Under the pieces are notes generated by a model. The model was given only the letters and a program-made list of their open reading frames with translations. It was not told the DNA's origin and ran no database searches. This document shows, piece by piece, positions 6,765-16,146 of a DNA stretch of 30,823 nt. Where the stretch lies: positions 1 through 30,823 of the IMG/VR virus record IMGVR_UViG_3300020044_008590. One strand, 5' to 3'. A program made the position numbers and the translations under genes. Positions within the stretch are counted from its first letter, which is position 1. Each line of letters begins with the position of its first letter. The stretch is from a virus (Duplodnaviria; Caudoviricetes).

Positions 6765-7318
6765 AACAGTATTTAAAACCAGCGCTATTTGTAGCAGCTA
6801 TTGTTATAATTTCTTTTTTTGTTTTTTTTAATTGCAAAGGAGATAAGGTTGAATCACAAAGTAAAGTGGACCCAATCCTATTACTAAAACTAAAAGAGAA
6901 CTCGGTATTTCTAGCTTCTCTTAAAAAGATGTTATATTCAAAGCAGCACGAATTAGACTCGCTAGAAGCAGTTAAACAAAAAGTGAAGTATCTATATAAA
7001 ACAAAGTATGATACCATCTTAGAACAGGCTCCAGATACGTGTGCTCCATATTTAACTAAATTAAACAATGAGTGTTTAAAATTAGATTCAGCAAATCAAA
7101 AAGTAATTAATGGGCAAAAAGAAAAAGTGGCCCTATATGATAAATTAGATTCTACTTATAATAAAAATATAACTTATAGACAAACAATTAGAACAACTGA
7201 TTCAACAAAAATAGACTCATTGTCCAGGAAATTAAAGTGGCAGAAAGTAAAAACAAAAGCATCTTTTTTCTTAGGTGCAACTATAGGAGCTGGAGCAACA
7301 AAAGTAATATTAAAATAG
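6761..7318 (+). CDS. membrane-anchored coiled-coil protein (possible spanin)
   Basis: N-terminal hydrophobic stretch ending FFNC, a helical middle region and a hydrophobic C-terminus FFLGATIGAGA. Confidence 0.55.
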   Translation: MKQYLKPALFVAAIVIISFFVFFNCKGDKVESQSKVDPILLLKLKENSVFLASLKKMLYSKQHELDSLEAVKQKVKYLYKTKYDTILEQAPDTCAPYLTKLNNECLKLDSANQKVINGQKEKVALYDKLDSTYNKNITYRQTIRTTDSTKIDSLSRKLKWQKVKTKASFFLGATIGAGATKVILK

Positions 7319-7320
7319 TT

Positions 7321-7857
7321 ATGGAAGAGGAAATTTTTAAAGATATAATTGGATATGAAGGGCTTTATAAAGTAAGTTCACATGGAAGAGTTAAAAGTTT
7401 GCCTAAAGAATGGGTTAGTGGCCAAGAAAGAGTTAGAAAACATAATGGTATTTTTTTAAAACAAACTAAAAATAAATATGGATATTTAGTATTAGGATTA
7501 TCAAAAGAAAAAAAAAGAAAAACTATTCAAGTTCATATATTAGTTGCAAAAGCATTCATTCAAAATCCAAATAATTATCCACTTGTAATGCATTTAAACG
7601 ATATACGAGATGATAATTATTATAAAAACCTATTTTTTGGAACTCATAAAATGAATTCTGAAGATATGGTTAATAAAGGAAGAGGTATTATTGGAATAAA
7701 ACATCATAAATCTAAATTAACAGAAGAGCAAGTTTTAGAAATAAGGGCTAAATATATACCAAGAAAATATTCAGCACGCAAACTTGCAAAAGAATATAAT
7801 ATTAATAATACAACAATATTAAAAATAATTAACAGAGAATATTGGAAACATATTTAA
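7321..7857 (+). CDS. NUMOD4-HNH homing endonuclease (copy 2)
   Basis: Start moved to the ATG at 7321 (MEEEIFKDIIGYEGLYKVSSHGRV) by comparison with the paralogs; ends WKHI. Confidence 0.92.
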   Translation: MEEEIFKDIIGYEGLYKVSSHGRVKSLPKEWVSGQERVRKHNGIFLKQTKNKYGYLVLGLSKEKKRKTIQVHILVAKAFIQNPNNYPLVMHLNDIRDDNYYKNLFFGTHKMNSEDMVNKGRGIIGIKHHKSKLTEEQVLEIRAKYIPRKYSARKLAKEYNINNTTILKIINREYWKHI

Positions 7858-7868
7858 ATAAAAGTAAT

Positions 7869-8081
7869 ATGAATAACACAGAAGTAGATAAAATTAAAGA
7901 TGCATATATTGAGCATTTAAAGAAAAAAGATGGATGCTTAATTATGGTTGATAAATGGATAAATGTTGAAGGTAATTTCTTTTTAAACATAATCGGATTA
8001 GATTGCTATGGAGAGCCATTGTACGAAAATATAGAAGAAAGTATAATAACAGAATGGAGTGAAACTTATTTTAACAAATAA
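7869..8081 (+). CDS. hypothetical protein
   Basis: Likely starts at MNNTE (7869), after the HNH stop. Confidence 0.6.
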   Translation: MNNTEVDKIKDAYIEHLKKKDGCLIMVDKWINVEGNFFLNIIGLDCYGEPLYENIEESIITEWSETYFNK

Positions 8082-8109
8082 CGTATATATAAACTATGGC
8101 AAATAGGTA

Positions 8110-8236
8110 AAAAATAGAGCTGTGTTGCATGTCGAGATGTCATGCTGGCTAATAAGGTTGGTGTTTTCTTTTTCCCTAATAAAGTTTTTGAATCACTCTA
8201 TTTTTAAAGGTTTCTATTAATTTAGGAACCTTTTTT
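8110..8236 (+). ncRNA. candidate small RNA
   Basis: A 10-bp closing stem (8110-8119/8196-8205) encloses a hairpin (8127-8131/8141-8145) and a U-rich loop, and abuts a terminator. Confidence 0.35.
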
Positions 8237-8237
8237 T
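8206..8237. terminator. intrinsic terminator at the convergence of the + and - operons
   Basis: AAAGGTTTCTA-TTAATT-TAGGAACCTTTTTTT. Confidence 0.8.
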
Positions 8238-8685
8238 ATTTATAATACTTAGATGCCTCTAATTGTTTAAGCGATTCATATTCAGCATCTGTCATATCTC
8301 TAAACTCAATCATCTTATTAAGTGGGAAATAAGTTATCTTACCTTCATCTTTTCTAAAAGGAATTAGACGCTTTAAGAAGTTACCATATATCTTTTTCTG
8401 AACTATATCCAACCATAGAATATATACCTCATAAGGAGCTTTTAAATAAGAATCAACGTCTGTTGAATCAAATCCAGTATCAGCATAATGCTTTCTTCTT
8501 GATTTGCATTTAACATCTAGCCATATTTGTGAATGGCCAGATATTAGAATAGAATCAATTGGATGACTTGCCGACTTATTTGGTGTATATGGGAAGTAGT
8601 TTTTGGAAGAAGCAAAATCATTTATAATAATTTGCTCAGCAATGGTGCCTAATTTTGTTGTTTGTAAAGATGTAAATTCAATCAT
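8236..8685 (-). CDS. PD-(D/E)xK superfamily nuclease
   Basis: G.IAE (helix), HPID and LDVKCK catalytic-motif pattern. Confidence 0.7.
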   Translation of the reverse strand: MIEFTSLQTTKLGTIAEQIIINDFASSKNYFPYTPNKSASHPIDSILISGHSQIWLDVKCKSRRKHYADTGFDSTDVDSYLKAPYEVYILWLDIVQKKIYGNFLKRLIPFRKDEGKITYFPLNKMIEFRDMTDAEYESLKQLEASKYYK

Positions 8686-8735
8686 TTTTTATATTTATTA
8701 TAAATAGATAAAAAAAAAGTAGAATGTTTATACTT

Positions 8736-9281
8736 TTAAAATTGCTTAAGTAAAGTATATGTAAAATCTTTTAATCCAGAAGTATTACATCTAGACATCA
8801 AATAATTAAAATCAATTGGATTATTTAAAACTTGACAACCTGCTGAAAAAGTTCCAACTATTTTTGATATAAGAGATGGATTGGCCCTATGAATATTTAT
8901 ACCGAATAAACCTGTTTCAGTTATACCTGTTTCTTCAGAAAAATCATCTTTATCACCATCTCTATAAACGACAACATTTTTTCTTTGACAAAGAGCTAAG
9001 TATTTACCTTGATGTAAAGCTAACTTCCATGTGTTAACATATTGATTAGGTTTAAGTAATGCTGCCCCTTTGGGATTTAATAAATTCTTTAACCAGTGGC
9101 GGCCAGGATTTGTTGTACAATTAAACCAAGTTAAATTATCATTTTCAACTAAACACATAAGGTCATCAAATTTGTCAGGAGCATCAGCCTTAGAGCGTAT
9201 ACCTATAATCATAAAAGGCAACCACATATATCCTAATCTTGCGAACTCACCCTTAAGTTGTTCTAAAGTATATTTATCCAT
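8736..9281 (-). CDS. putative endolysin with an L,D-transpeptidase-like His/Cys catalytic motif
   Basis: GINIHRAN...FSAGCQV; lies directly after the holin; likely start MDKYT (9281) overlaps the holin stop. Confidence 0.7.
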   Translation of the reverse strand: MDKYTLEQLKGEFARLGYMWLPFMIIGIRSKADAPDKFDDLMCLVENDNLTWFNCTTNPGRHWLKNLLNPKGAALLKPNQYVNTWKLALHQGKYLALCQRKNVVVYRDGDKDDFSEETGITETGLFGINIHRANPSLISKIVGTFSAGCQVLNNPIDFNYLMSRCNTSGLKDFTYTLLKQF

Positions 9282-9768
9282 TATTGCTTTTGTCTGTATG
9301 ATTATCTTCACCATCAGTTAAATCTTTTATTTCAGCTTTAACTTCTTTGGCACGAGCCAATAACTCTTTAAACTTTAGCCATATAGATACACCTGATATC
9401 GCTTTATAGTTTTCATTTATCGACATAATTTCTATTCCACATAAAACAGAAGCTAAAAGTTTTGTTAAAAAAAGAGGGATATCACAGAAGTATCCGATAA
9501 AGTCAGCAAGTATAAATTTCTCCATAGCAAAGAAAAGAATCAATGCCCCTTCGTACAAAAATAATTTTGATATAACTACTGAAAGTTTTCTACTCGTAAT
9601 TTCTTGCTTAAGTTTTTTAGCTTTCATTAAGCCAGTTATAGTATCTGCAAATATACATACACCAACGATTATAATAAGCGCTGTTATAGGTGCCAGAAAT
9701 GCAGCAATTATGGCAAAAAAGTTTAATACTCCAAGATTATTTAGTTTGTTTAGAATTGCTTCTTTCAT
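9274..9768 (-). CDS. holin (phage holin family 4-like)
   Basis: Several TM helices, FADTITGLMKA...ITSRKL...EIMSINEN; adjacent to the endolysin. Confidence 0.88.
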   Translation of the reverse strand: MKEAILNKLNNLGVLNFFAIIAAFLAPITALIIIVGVCIFADTITGLMKAKKLKQEITSRKLSVVISKLFLYEGALILFFAMEKFILADFIGYFCDIPLFLTKLLASVLCGIEIMSINENYKAISGVSIWLKFKELLARAKEVKAEIKDLTDGEDNHTDKSNNG

Positions 9769-9859
9769 CTTCTTTTTCTTTAATAGGTTTTACTACTTCC
9801 TCATTTAAGAGGAAATTTAATTTGTTAATGTTTTTTTTATAAGCAGTTCTTTTTGCCAT
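9737..9859 (-). CDS. small basic hypothetical protein (40 aa; missing from the ORF track)
   Basis: Manual translation MAKRTAYKKNINKLNFLLNEEVVKPIKEKEDERSNSKQTK; starts 3 nt after the upstream stop and fills the gap to the holin. Confidence 0.55.
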   Translation of the reverse strand: MAKRTAYKKNINKLNFLLNEEVVKPIKEKEDERSNSKQTK

Positions 9860-9862
9860 GTA

Positions 9863-10420
9863 TTATTTTCCGTTATCTAAATCGAAATTACAATCTCCAT
9901 TTGGTTTTCTTTTTTCAATATATAATCCACCAAATAAATTGCTTCTTTTTGGTCTAACTGTATCAATTGTAGAACCTGGGTTTGCATACTCTGGGAATAC
10001 TCCAACATTAGCCATTAAGTACTTTGCAATACGTTGAGTCAAATACTCAGCTGAATCCCTAACGCCTTCTTTAAGAAACTTTAAATCATCGGCTGTGAGT
10101 GGAACCGCATTATCAGAATTTGATGTAGAAACTGTTTTATTTGTTATTCTGGCCCATATGTTATTATGACTCTCATATACAATCCACTCAGCTAATGCTG
10201 GTTGAACATAATCAGTCATTAATGTTAAATAGTTACCAGAAAGTGTACTATTCTGCACATCAGTTTTTAATTTATTATATAGAGCAGTTCCTAGAACTCC
10301 TTCTATGTAAATCAACTGAGCTTTATCTATAATAGGAATAAGTATTGTAGAGTCAACATTTGACTCTATAGTTGTATTCTTATATAAAAAGTCAATCGAC
10401 AGGAACCTCGTTTTAGCCAT
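9863..10420 (-). CDS. head-tail adaptor/connector protein
   Basis: Follows the portal gene; AQLIYIEGVLGTALY...YVQPALA pattern is typical of Bacteroidota phage adaptors. Confidence 0.7.
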   Translation of the reverse strand: MAKTRFLSIDFLYKNTTIESNVDSTILIPIIDKAQLIYIEGVLGTALYNKLKTDVQNSTLSGNYLTLMTDYVQPALAEWIVYESHNNIWARITNKTVSTSNSDNAVPLTADDLKFLKEGVRDSAEYLTQRIAKYLMANVGVFPEYANPGSTIDTVRPKRSNLFGGLYIEKRKPNGDCNFDLDNGK

Positions 10421-11597
10421 TTGCTTGAGTATTATTTGGTTTAACAGTATCTTGAATTATACCTTTAAATGGATTATAATCTTCTAATTTCATTTCTCCA
10501 GCTCCGTTTACTTTTGCAAACTTATTAAAAGCATATTCTATTTCTTTTTGTTTTGGAGCAATTACTTCTTCTTTAAAAATTGTATATCCGTTAATTAATT
10601 CCTGTGTTCCTCCTAATTTACCAGGAGTTACACCTCCCAATAAAGCCTCAGAACAACTATGAGATATAAATACATTTTTTGTTATTTGTTCTTCAAGGTC
10701 ACGGAATCTTTCATCACTTGCATTCATATCAATTTTCTCGATAGTTGGTGCTCTTTCTTTTCCATCACTGAATGTAAAAATTACTTTTCCAGCATTTGCA
10801 CTACCTGCATATTGCTTCTCCATATCTTTTACAATTGTATCCATTTCTTCGTCAGTTGGAATGGTATTAAAGTTAACTAGATAAGATGGAGCAAAGCCTT
10901 GCTTAACATTTTGTAAATGGAACTGAGCAACTTCACCGTCTAATGCAATATATGACTCACCATGAATATAATCAGGCAAAGTGTAGTAATCACAACCTGG
11001 AGAGTATTCGGTGAAATAGAATAATTGATTTGGTGAGCCTTGCATAATTTCATTTTGCATTTGGCCACGGTATTTTTCAGAATAACCTTGAACTAATTGA
11101 GGAGCACATTTTCTTATATTAGACCAGTCATCAGAATACCAGAAATATTGCATATCTGTTGGTTTATAAATATCTCCTTTTTTTTCTTGAGGTAAAACTT
11201 TAGTTGAAACACGAATGTTTTTAAAGTCTACATATTCAATTTTAGCAATCTTTGTTTTGTCAATTGACCAAATCACATTTATAGCATAGCCGCCATATAT
11301 CATCAAATCGTAAGTGCACTTAAATGCAATAATATCTAGATTTTCTCCATTTGGATTTTCAATAAATTCTTTGTTTAAAGCAGTTTCAATAAATCCTTTT
11401 GATGCGGTCATGTCAACCTTACGCTTAAGTATGGCGCCATGTTTGTTTGAAGTTCTCGCTAAATTTATAAGGTAGTTTCCATATAAATTATCTTTACCGT
11501 AGTCAACCCATCCTTTAGAATTGTTCTCAGAAAAAATAGGAAGATTTACTTCAGCAAACTGAAGAACACGAAGTAGTTTTTGTTTATTATCTTTCAT
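10413..11597 (-). CDS. portal protein
   Basis: WVDYGKDNLY...DLMIYGGYA...YYTLPDY...NVKQGFAPS...GSANAGK; 394 aa. Confidence 0.88.
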   Translation of the reverse strand: MKDNKQKLLRVLQFAEVNLPIFSENNSKGWVDYGKDNLYGNYLINLARTSNKHGAILKRKVDMTASKGFIETALNKEFIENPNGENLDIIAFKCTYDLMIYGGYAINVIWSIDKTKIAKIEYVDFKNIRVSTKVLPQEKKGDIYKPTDMQYFWYSDDWSNIRKCAPQLVQGYSEKYRGQMQNEIMQGSPNQLFYFTEYSPGCDYYTLPDYIHGESYIALDGEVAQFHLQNVKQGFAPSYLVNFNTIPTDEEMDTIVKDMEKQYAGSANAGKVIFTFSDGKERAPTIEKIDMNASDERFRDLEEQITKNVFISHSCSEALLGGVTPGKLGGTQELINGYTIFKEEVIAPKQKEIEYAFNKFAKVNGAGEMKLEDYNPFKGIIQDTVKPNNTQANG

Positions 11598-11599
11598 AA

Positions 11600-12001
11600 T
11601 TAATTATTAAAATAAACATCAGTTGTATCATCATCTGATGCTGTATATGTATAGCTTGTAGAAGTTGCTCCAGAAACAAATATTTGACCTATCTCAACAA
11701 TTCCTGTTGTACCAGATATATCTAAATTTGTTCTTCCAGTCATCTCATAAGCCGTATAGTGATATTCTCCTGGGTTTAATGAAATGGTTCCTGCAGTATA
11801 ATTAAGAGTTGCTCCAGTTTCAGTAATCATAAACTTATTATATCTCTCTATGTTTGAACTTAAATCAGTTGCTGAGAATATAGTTATATCACTTGTATCA
11901 ATTGATTCAAGTTTAAATAGATAATATGGAACAGCTAAAGTTGACTTCTCGGTTAACGTGAAGTAGCTAAAATTAACTGAATCTTTATTAATTAGAACCA
12001 T
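11600..12001 (-). CDS. virion structural protein (likely head closure)
   Basis: Likely start MVLINK (12001), since the longer ORF overlaps the upstream gene; precedes the portal gene. Confidence 0.6.
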   Translation of the reverse strand: MVLINKDSVNFSYFTLTEKSTLAVPYYLFKLESIDTSDITIFSATDLSSNIERYNKFMITETGATLNYTAGTISLNPGEYHYTAYEMTGRTNLDISGTTGIVEIGQIFVSGATSTSYTYTASDDDTTDVYFNN

Positions 12002-12245
12002 TTTTTCCTCTTGATTTGGCGATAAATTTTTTCCCATCTTTAAAGTTTTCAACCTCTTTTTTAGATATATCAAGTAAAGAATCTTCTTTCTTCTCTTCTT
12101 GTACTTCTTCAAATATGTGAGATAAACCCATTTTAAAATAGAATAAATAGTCAATCTCTGCCATTTCGTCTACTTTAACTGAATTTGGCAATTTAGAAGA
12201 ACTTAGTATTTGACCTAAGTATTCTTTTTTTATCTTTAGCTTCAT
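11988..12245 (-). CDS. hypothetical protein
   Basis: 85-aa ORF directly after late promoter copy 2. Confidence 0.65.
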   Translation of the reverse strand: MKLKIKKEYLGQILSSSKLPNSVKVDEMAEIDYLFYFKMGLSHIFEEVQEEKKEDSLLDISKKEVENFKDGKKFIAKSRGKNGSN

Positions 12246-12251
12246 GATATA

Positions 12252-12277
12252 TAAATATTAAAAGTTAGTTTTTCGTT
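12252..12277 (-). promoter_or_regulatory. phage late promoter, copy 2
   Basis: TAAATATT at 12252-12259, N14, CGTT at 12274-12277; intergenic. Confidence 0.8.
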
Positions 12278-12280
12278 TAA

Positions 12281-15200
12281 TTATGTAGTAATAGTTCTAG
12301 TTCCAGTAAATAAAACCTTTAAACCTTTTGCACTTGTACCTGCCCCATCAATATCAACAGTAATTTTATCATATTGATTCCAAGTTCCACCCGTAATAAC
12401 AGGAGCAGTAGCAGCAGTTGTTGAGTCAAACTCATTTGCATCTATTGTTACCTTTGTTGAATAAATTGTTACATTTGCTTTTTTAACATTTACTGTAGTT
12501 AATGTAGAACCAGAACTAGATAAGCTAGCAACAGAACCCGTGAGCGTAAAAGAACAAGGAGATAAAAAAGTTACTTTAGAAGTACCTGTAGTTATCTGTG
12601 TAGTTTCATCACTGCATGCTACAGCAAATTCGTAAGGAACCGTCATTGTTTTAGGCGCAAATAAAGAGCCTAAATTTGTAGAGCCTGAGAAATAAGTGGT
12701 AGCAGTAATAATAGGCGCTGACATATTGCCAGTAAACGTGGCGCCAGACAAATTAGCTTTTGTATTAAGCGAGCCAAGTAAGTTATTAACATCTGAAATA
12801 TTGTGTGTATGACTTGAATAAGCATATCTATTTAAAATAGTATCAAAAGAAGTTGAACCAGATACAAATGTATTTGCTGAAAAATTACCATTAACATTTA
12901 AGTTTCCAGTTATAGTGCCTATGTTAACCGTATAAGCTGAGGCCACATCATTTCTATCAAATATAAGTTGAGTTCCTGAAAGTGTTGCTCCAGTTGTATA
13001 AAAATTTTCTTGTGCAACACCACTTCCTCCGCCAACACCACCAAATTTATCTCCATTAACAAATAAAGTATCGCTTGTTGAAAGAGTTGTTGAGCCTTGC
13101 TTAGTGATTAAATAACCACGAACAATAGCTGTTTTTAGACCAATAAGATTAACAAAAGAAACTGCTGCTAAATTAGAAATAGCCTCTGATAAAGAATTGT
13201 AAACTGTTGTTCCATACTGAATAAATATTTTTTGAGTATTAGAAAACATTAAGATTCGCTGAATTGTGAACTTATTGTTTGGTACAGCCTGAATTACTCC
13301 AGAGCCATTATCATAACTATTTGGACTTACATCTGTTGTTTCAGTTTGAAAAGTAGCAACTCCAAAACCATTATTAAATGCATACCTAAATGATTGTTGA
13401 GTTGATGCAGATTGTGCTACTGAGTTTGGGTCATTTAAATTAGTAGCAAAATTTCTTCCGTAAGAAAATGTAGACCCTGCTGATTTATTAATCTTAAGAT
13501 TTACCCCATTTGAACTAAATATATTACCATCTATATTTATATCACCCAAAGCAAGTGATAAATCTTTTAAAGAAGAACCAACTCCATAAGTAGGAACTTT
13601 TATCTGGAATGTATCTCTAATATTAGTTAGGTTAGAATGGTCCAAACCACCTAATAATATAACACTTCTTAATTCCTCTTTTGTAAAAGATGATTGTTGA
13701 ATTGCAGTTCCAGATGCATTTATAGCAATGTCAGTTGAAGGTAATGTGGCTAAATTAGTTACAGTTATACCTGTTTGAGTTGCCCAAGAAACTAATTGTG
13801 TTGTTTGAGGATAAACTTTGTAATTAACAATATATCCTAAACCAGCTGAAATATCGAACTTAGTATTATTGCTCGCATTAATTGATAATGTACCACCAGA
13901 TATAATACCAGTTGAAATACCTTCTGCCAATCTTTGGTTTACAGTATTAAATAAGCTCTGTAAATTAGTGCTACCTGAAAATATTGTTCCAGCACTTAGT
14001 GTTGTTGCACTTATAATTGGAGCAGCAATTGTTGTTGCTGATAAATCTATTTTTGTTCCTAATGAACCAGAAAGATTTATTATATCAGATATATTCGTTG
14101 CAGAGGCGCTTAATTTTGAATTTAAACTACCCTGTAAATTAGATATATCAGAAATCGTATGTGTATGAGAAGATGCAGCATATCGGCTAAAAATAACATC
14201 TAATGGTGTTGAGCCTGAATAGTATGTTTGAGCAGAAAAAGAACCTGTTACATTTGTGTTTCCAGAAATAGTTCCTCCAGAGAAAACATTAGAATAAGTT
14301 GTTCCACTTCCAGCATTCCACTTAAGTATAAGTAAACCAGAAGTACCTGAACCTCCAGAATAACCCATTGGAGAACCAAAATCATCTAAATAATAACCAG
14401 TTCCTCCTGCTCCTCCACCTCCAAACAAAGTAGCTGAACCTCCTACTTGAGATATTGAATTATTTGGAGTTTCCCCTCCACTTCCAGGGCCAAAAATGGA
14501 ACGTCCAAATATTGGAACATCTCCTCCATTTCCTCCAGAAGAATTTGAAGTACTTGGAACACCATCTTGATTAGCTCCATTATATCCTCTCGCAAAGAAA
14601 TACTCTGTTTGATAAACATTATCAGAACTTGGATATCCAGATAGGTATGGTGCAACTCCTCCGACTCCAGTTAATACATCTGTTGAATTGTTTCCAGCTA
14701 AACCTCCTGGCGACCTTAAAGTATTAAAAATTGTATCTCCTCCAGAACTACCCGTAATGGATATATTAGGAGAATCATCTATATAATATCCTGGAGTTCC
14801 ACCAGAACCTATTGTAATTTGATATGTTGTTCCTGGAACTACTTCTACTTCTCCAGTAATATAAGCACCAGAAGCTCCGCCTCCACCACCTTTTAATGTG
14901 TTTGAACCAGTTCTAAAGCCAGCTCCTCCGCCTCCACCTCCACCCCACATTTCAACAACAACTGAATAAACTCCAGTTGGAGCAGTCCATGTGCTACCTG
15001 ATGAATATATTTTTTGGTATTGACCAGTATTGCCAGTTCCGCTTCCAGAAAATGGTGTTGCAGAAGCTATTGATTGAATTATAGTTTCAAGATTTGTACC
15101 TCCAGAATAAATTGTTGTTGCAGATAATACATTCAAAGAAGTATTTCCAGTAACAGTTAAATTATTAAGAGTAGCTGCTGTAATGTTTACAGAAGGATAT

Positions 15201-15838
15201 TGAGTTGTTCCTCCAGTAAAGGTGTTTGTACCATTCTGTACAAATGTACTTGGTCCGCCACCAGTTCCGCCTGCACCTAAAACAGTTTGAAGTTTATATC
15301 CTTCTAACCAAAGTTTAAGTCCAGCCGCAGAAGTTCCTGCCGAATCAACATCAATATTAATAACATCATGTTCAGTTAAGGCGGAGTATGTAGAAACTAT
15401 ATTTGAAGCAACAGTATAAAATTGATTTGCTGGTATTGTTATGGCAGATAATAATAATGATGTCGAACCAGAATTTATATCAACAATAGTTGAAGTTGAG
15501 CCTGATGTTCTAACATATGCGGTAATTCCAGTTAATTGGAAATTATAAGGCATTCTAATAGAAAGCTTTGTTGCTCCAGAAGTTAATGCTGTTGTTTCAT
15601 CACTAACTGCTAATCCTATTGAATCATATGTATAACCAGTTGATTCTGGAGTCATATAATCAGTAATTATATCCCATAAATCAGTGGCACCTGAATAAAT
15701 AGTTCCGCCAGATAATTGAGTTGCATATAATGTATTGAATACAGATGAACCAGTTACTGTTAAGCTATCTATTGTGCCACCTGTAAAAGTAGAACCATCA
15801 TCAGAGTTGAGATTCCAAGAATTTATTCCTAAGCTCAT
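12281..15838 (-). CDS. large modular fibre protein (Gly-rich domain, HxH repeats, two SDETT domains)
   Basis: 1185 aa, S/T/G-rich; WTAPTGV...MWGGGGGGG Gly-rich module; SHTHxISD twice; six T(I/Y/F)(Y/F/V)SGxTx(L/F) motifs. Confidence 0.85.
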   Translation of the reverse strand: MSLGINSWNLNSDDGSTFTGGTIDSLTVTGSSVFNTLYATQLSGGTIYSGATDLWDIITDYMTPESTGYTYDSIGLAVSDETTALTSGATKLSIRMPYNFQLTGITAYVRTSGSTSTIVDINSGSTSLLLSAITIPANQFYTVASNIVSTYSALTEHDVINIDVDSAGTSAAGLKLWLEGYKLQTVLGAGGTGGGPSTFVQNGTNTFTGGTTQYPSVNITAATLNNLTVTGNTSLNVLSATTIYSGGTNLETIIQSIASATPFSGSGTGNTGQYQKIYSSGSTWTAPTGVYSVVVEMWGGGGGGGAGFRTGSNTLKGGGGGASGAYITGEVEVVPGTTYQITIGSGGTPGYYIDDSPNISITGSSGGDTIFNTLRSPGGLAGNNSTDVLTGVGGVAPYLSGYPSSDNVYQTEYFFARGYNGANQDGVPSTSNSSGGNGGDVPIFGRSIFGPGSGGETPNNSISQVGGSATLFGGGGAGGTGYYLDDFGSPMGYSGGSGTSGLLILKWNAGSGTTYSNVFSGGTISGNTNVTGSFSAQTYYSGSTPLDVIFSRYAASSHTHTISDISNLQGSLNSKLSASATNISDIINLSGSLGTKIDLSATTIAAPIISATTLSAGTIFSGSTNLQSLFNTVNQRLAEGISTGIISGGTLSINASNNTKFDISAGLGYIVNYKVYPQTTQLVSWATQTGITVTNLATLPSTDIAINASGTAIQQSSFTKEELRSVILLGGLDHSNLTNIRDTFQIKVPTYGVGSSLKDLSLALGDINIDGNIFSSNGVNLKINKSAGSTFSYGRNFATNLNDPNSVAQSASTQQSFRYAFNNGFGVATFQTETTDVSPNSYDNGSGVIQAVPNNKFTIQRILMFSNTQKIFIQYGTTVYNSLSEAISNLAAVSFVNLIGLKTAIVRGYLITKQGSTTLSTSDTLFVNGDKFGGVGGGSGVAQENFYTTGATLSGTQLIFDRNDVASAYTVNIGTITGNLNVNGNFSANTFVSGSTSFDTILNRYAYSSHTHNISDVNNLLGSLNTKANLSGATFTGNMSAPIITATTYFSGSTNLGSLFAPKTMTVPYEFAVACSDETTQITTGTSKVTFLSPCSFTLTGSVASLSSSGSTLTTVNVKKANVTIYSTKVTIDANEFDSTTAATAPVITGGTWNQYDKITVDIDGAGTSAKGLKVLFTGTRTITT

Positions 15839-15840
15839 AA

Positions 15841-16107
15841 TTAATTTGTGCGATATGCGATTAAACTTCCAGTAGATGCAGAGCTAACTGTAATTGATTC
15901 AAAGTATCCATAAACAGAAACACGTAATGTTTTTCCATTAAGATTTCCTCCAAAAGTATTTACTGCAGTTTCAATTGTTACAGGTTTTTCTATCGGACCC
16001 AAACAGTAGAATGGGCCCTGGATTGTTTGACCAGGTTCAATTATGGCAAATCCTTGAATTGCAAATCCAAGTGGGTTACCAAAGAAAAAATGAGAATCTG
16101 CTGACAT
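15841..16107 (-). CDS. small virion protein (possible fibre anchor/decoration)
   Basis: 88 aa, beta-rich, ends VYGYFESITVSS...LIAY; first gene after late promoter copy 3. Confidence 0.65.
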   Translation of the reverse strand: MSADSHFFFGNPLGFAIQGFAIIEPGQTIQGPFYCLGPIEKPVTIETAVNTFGGNLNGKTLRVSVYGYFESITVSSASTGSLIAYRTN

Positions 16108-16146
16108 ATTGTAACTTTTTTAATTAATATTCGTATAACTAATAAT

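Noticed and set aside
7237-7320. N-terminal extension of HNH copy 2
   Set aside because: It overlaps the upstream gene, and the paralogs start at MEEEI.
5500-7857. HNH genes as intron- or intein-encoded
   Set aside because: The flanking genes are intact, with their own starts and stops, and there is no room for ribozyme cores.
12002-12154. N-terminal extension of the 184-aa ORF
   Set aside because: It overlaps the 85-aa gene in another frame; MVLINK at 12001 is the more plausible start.
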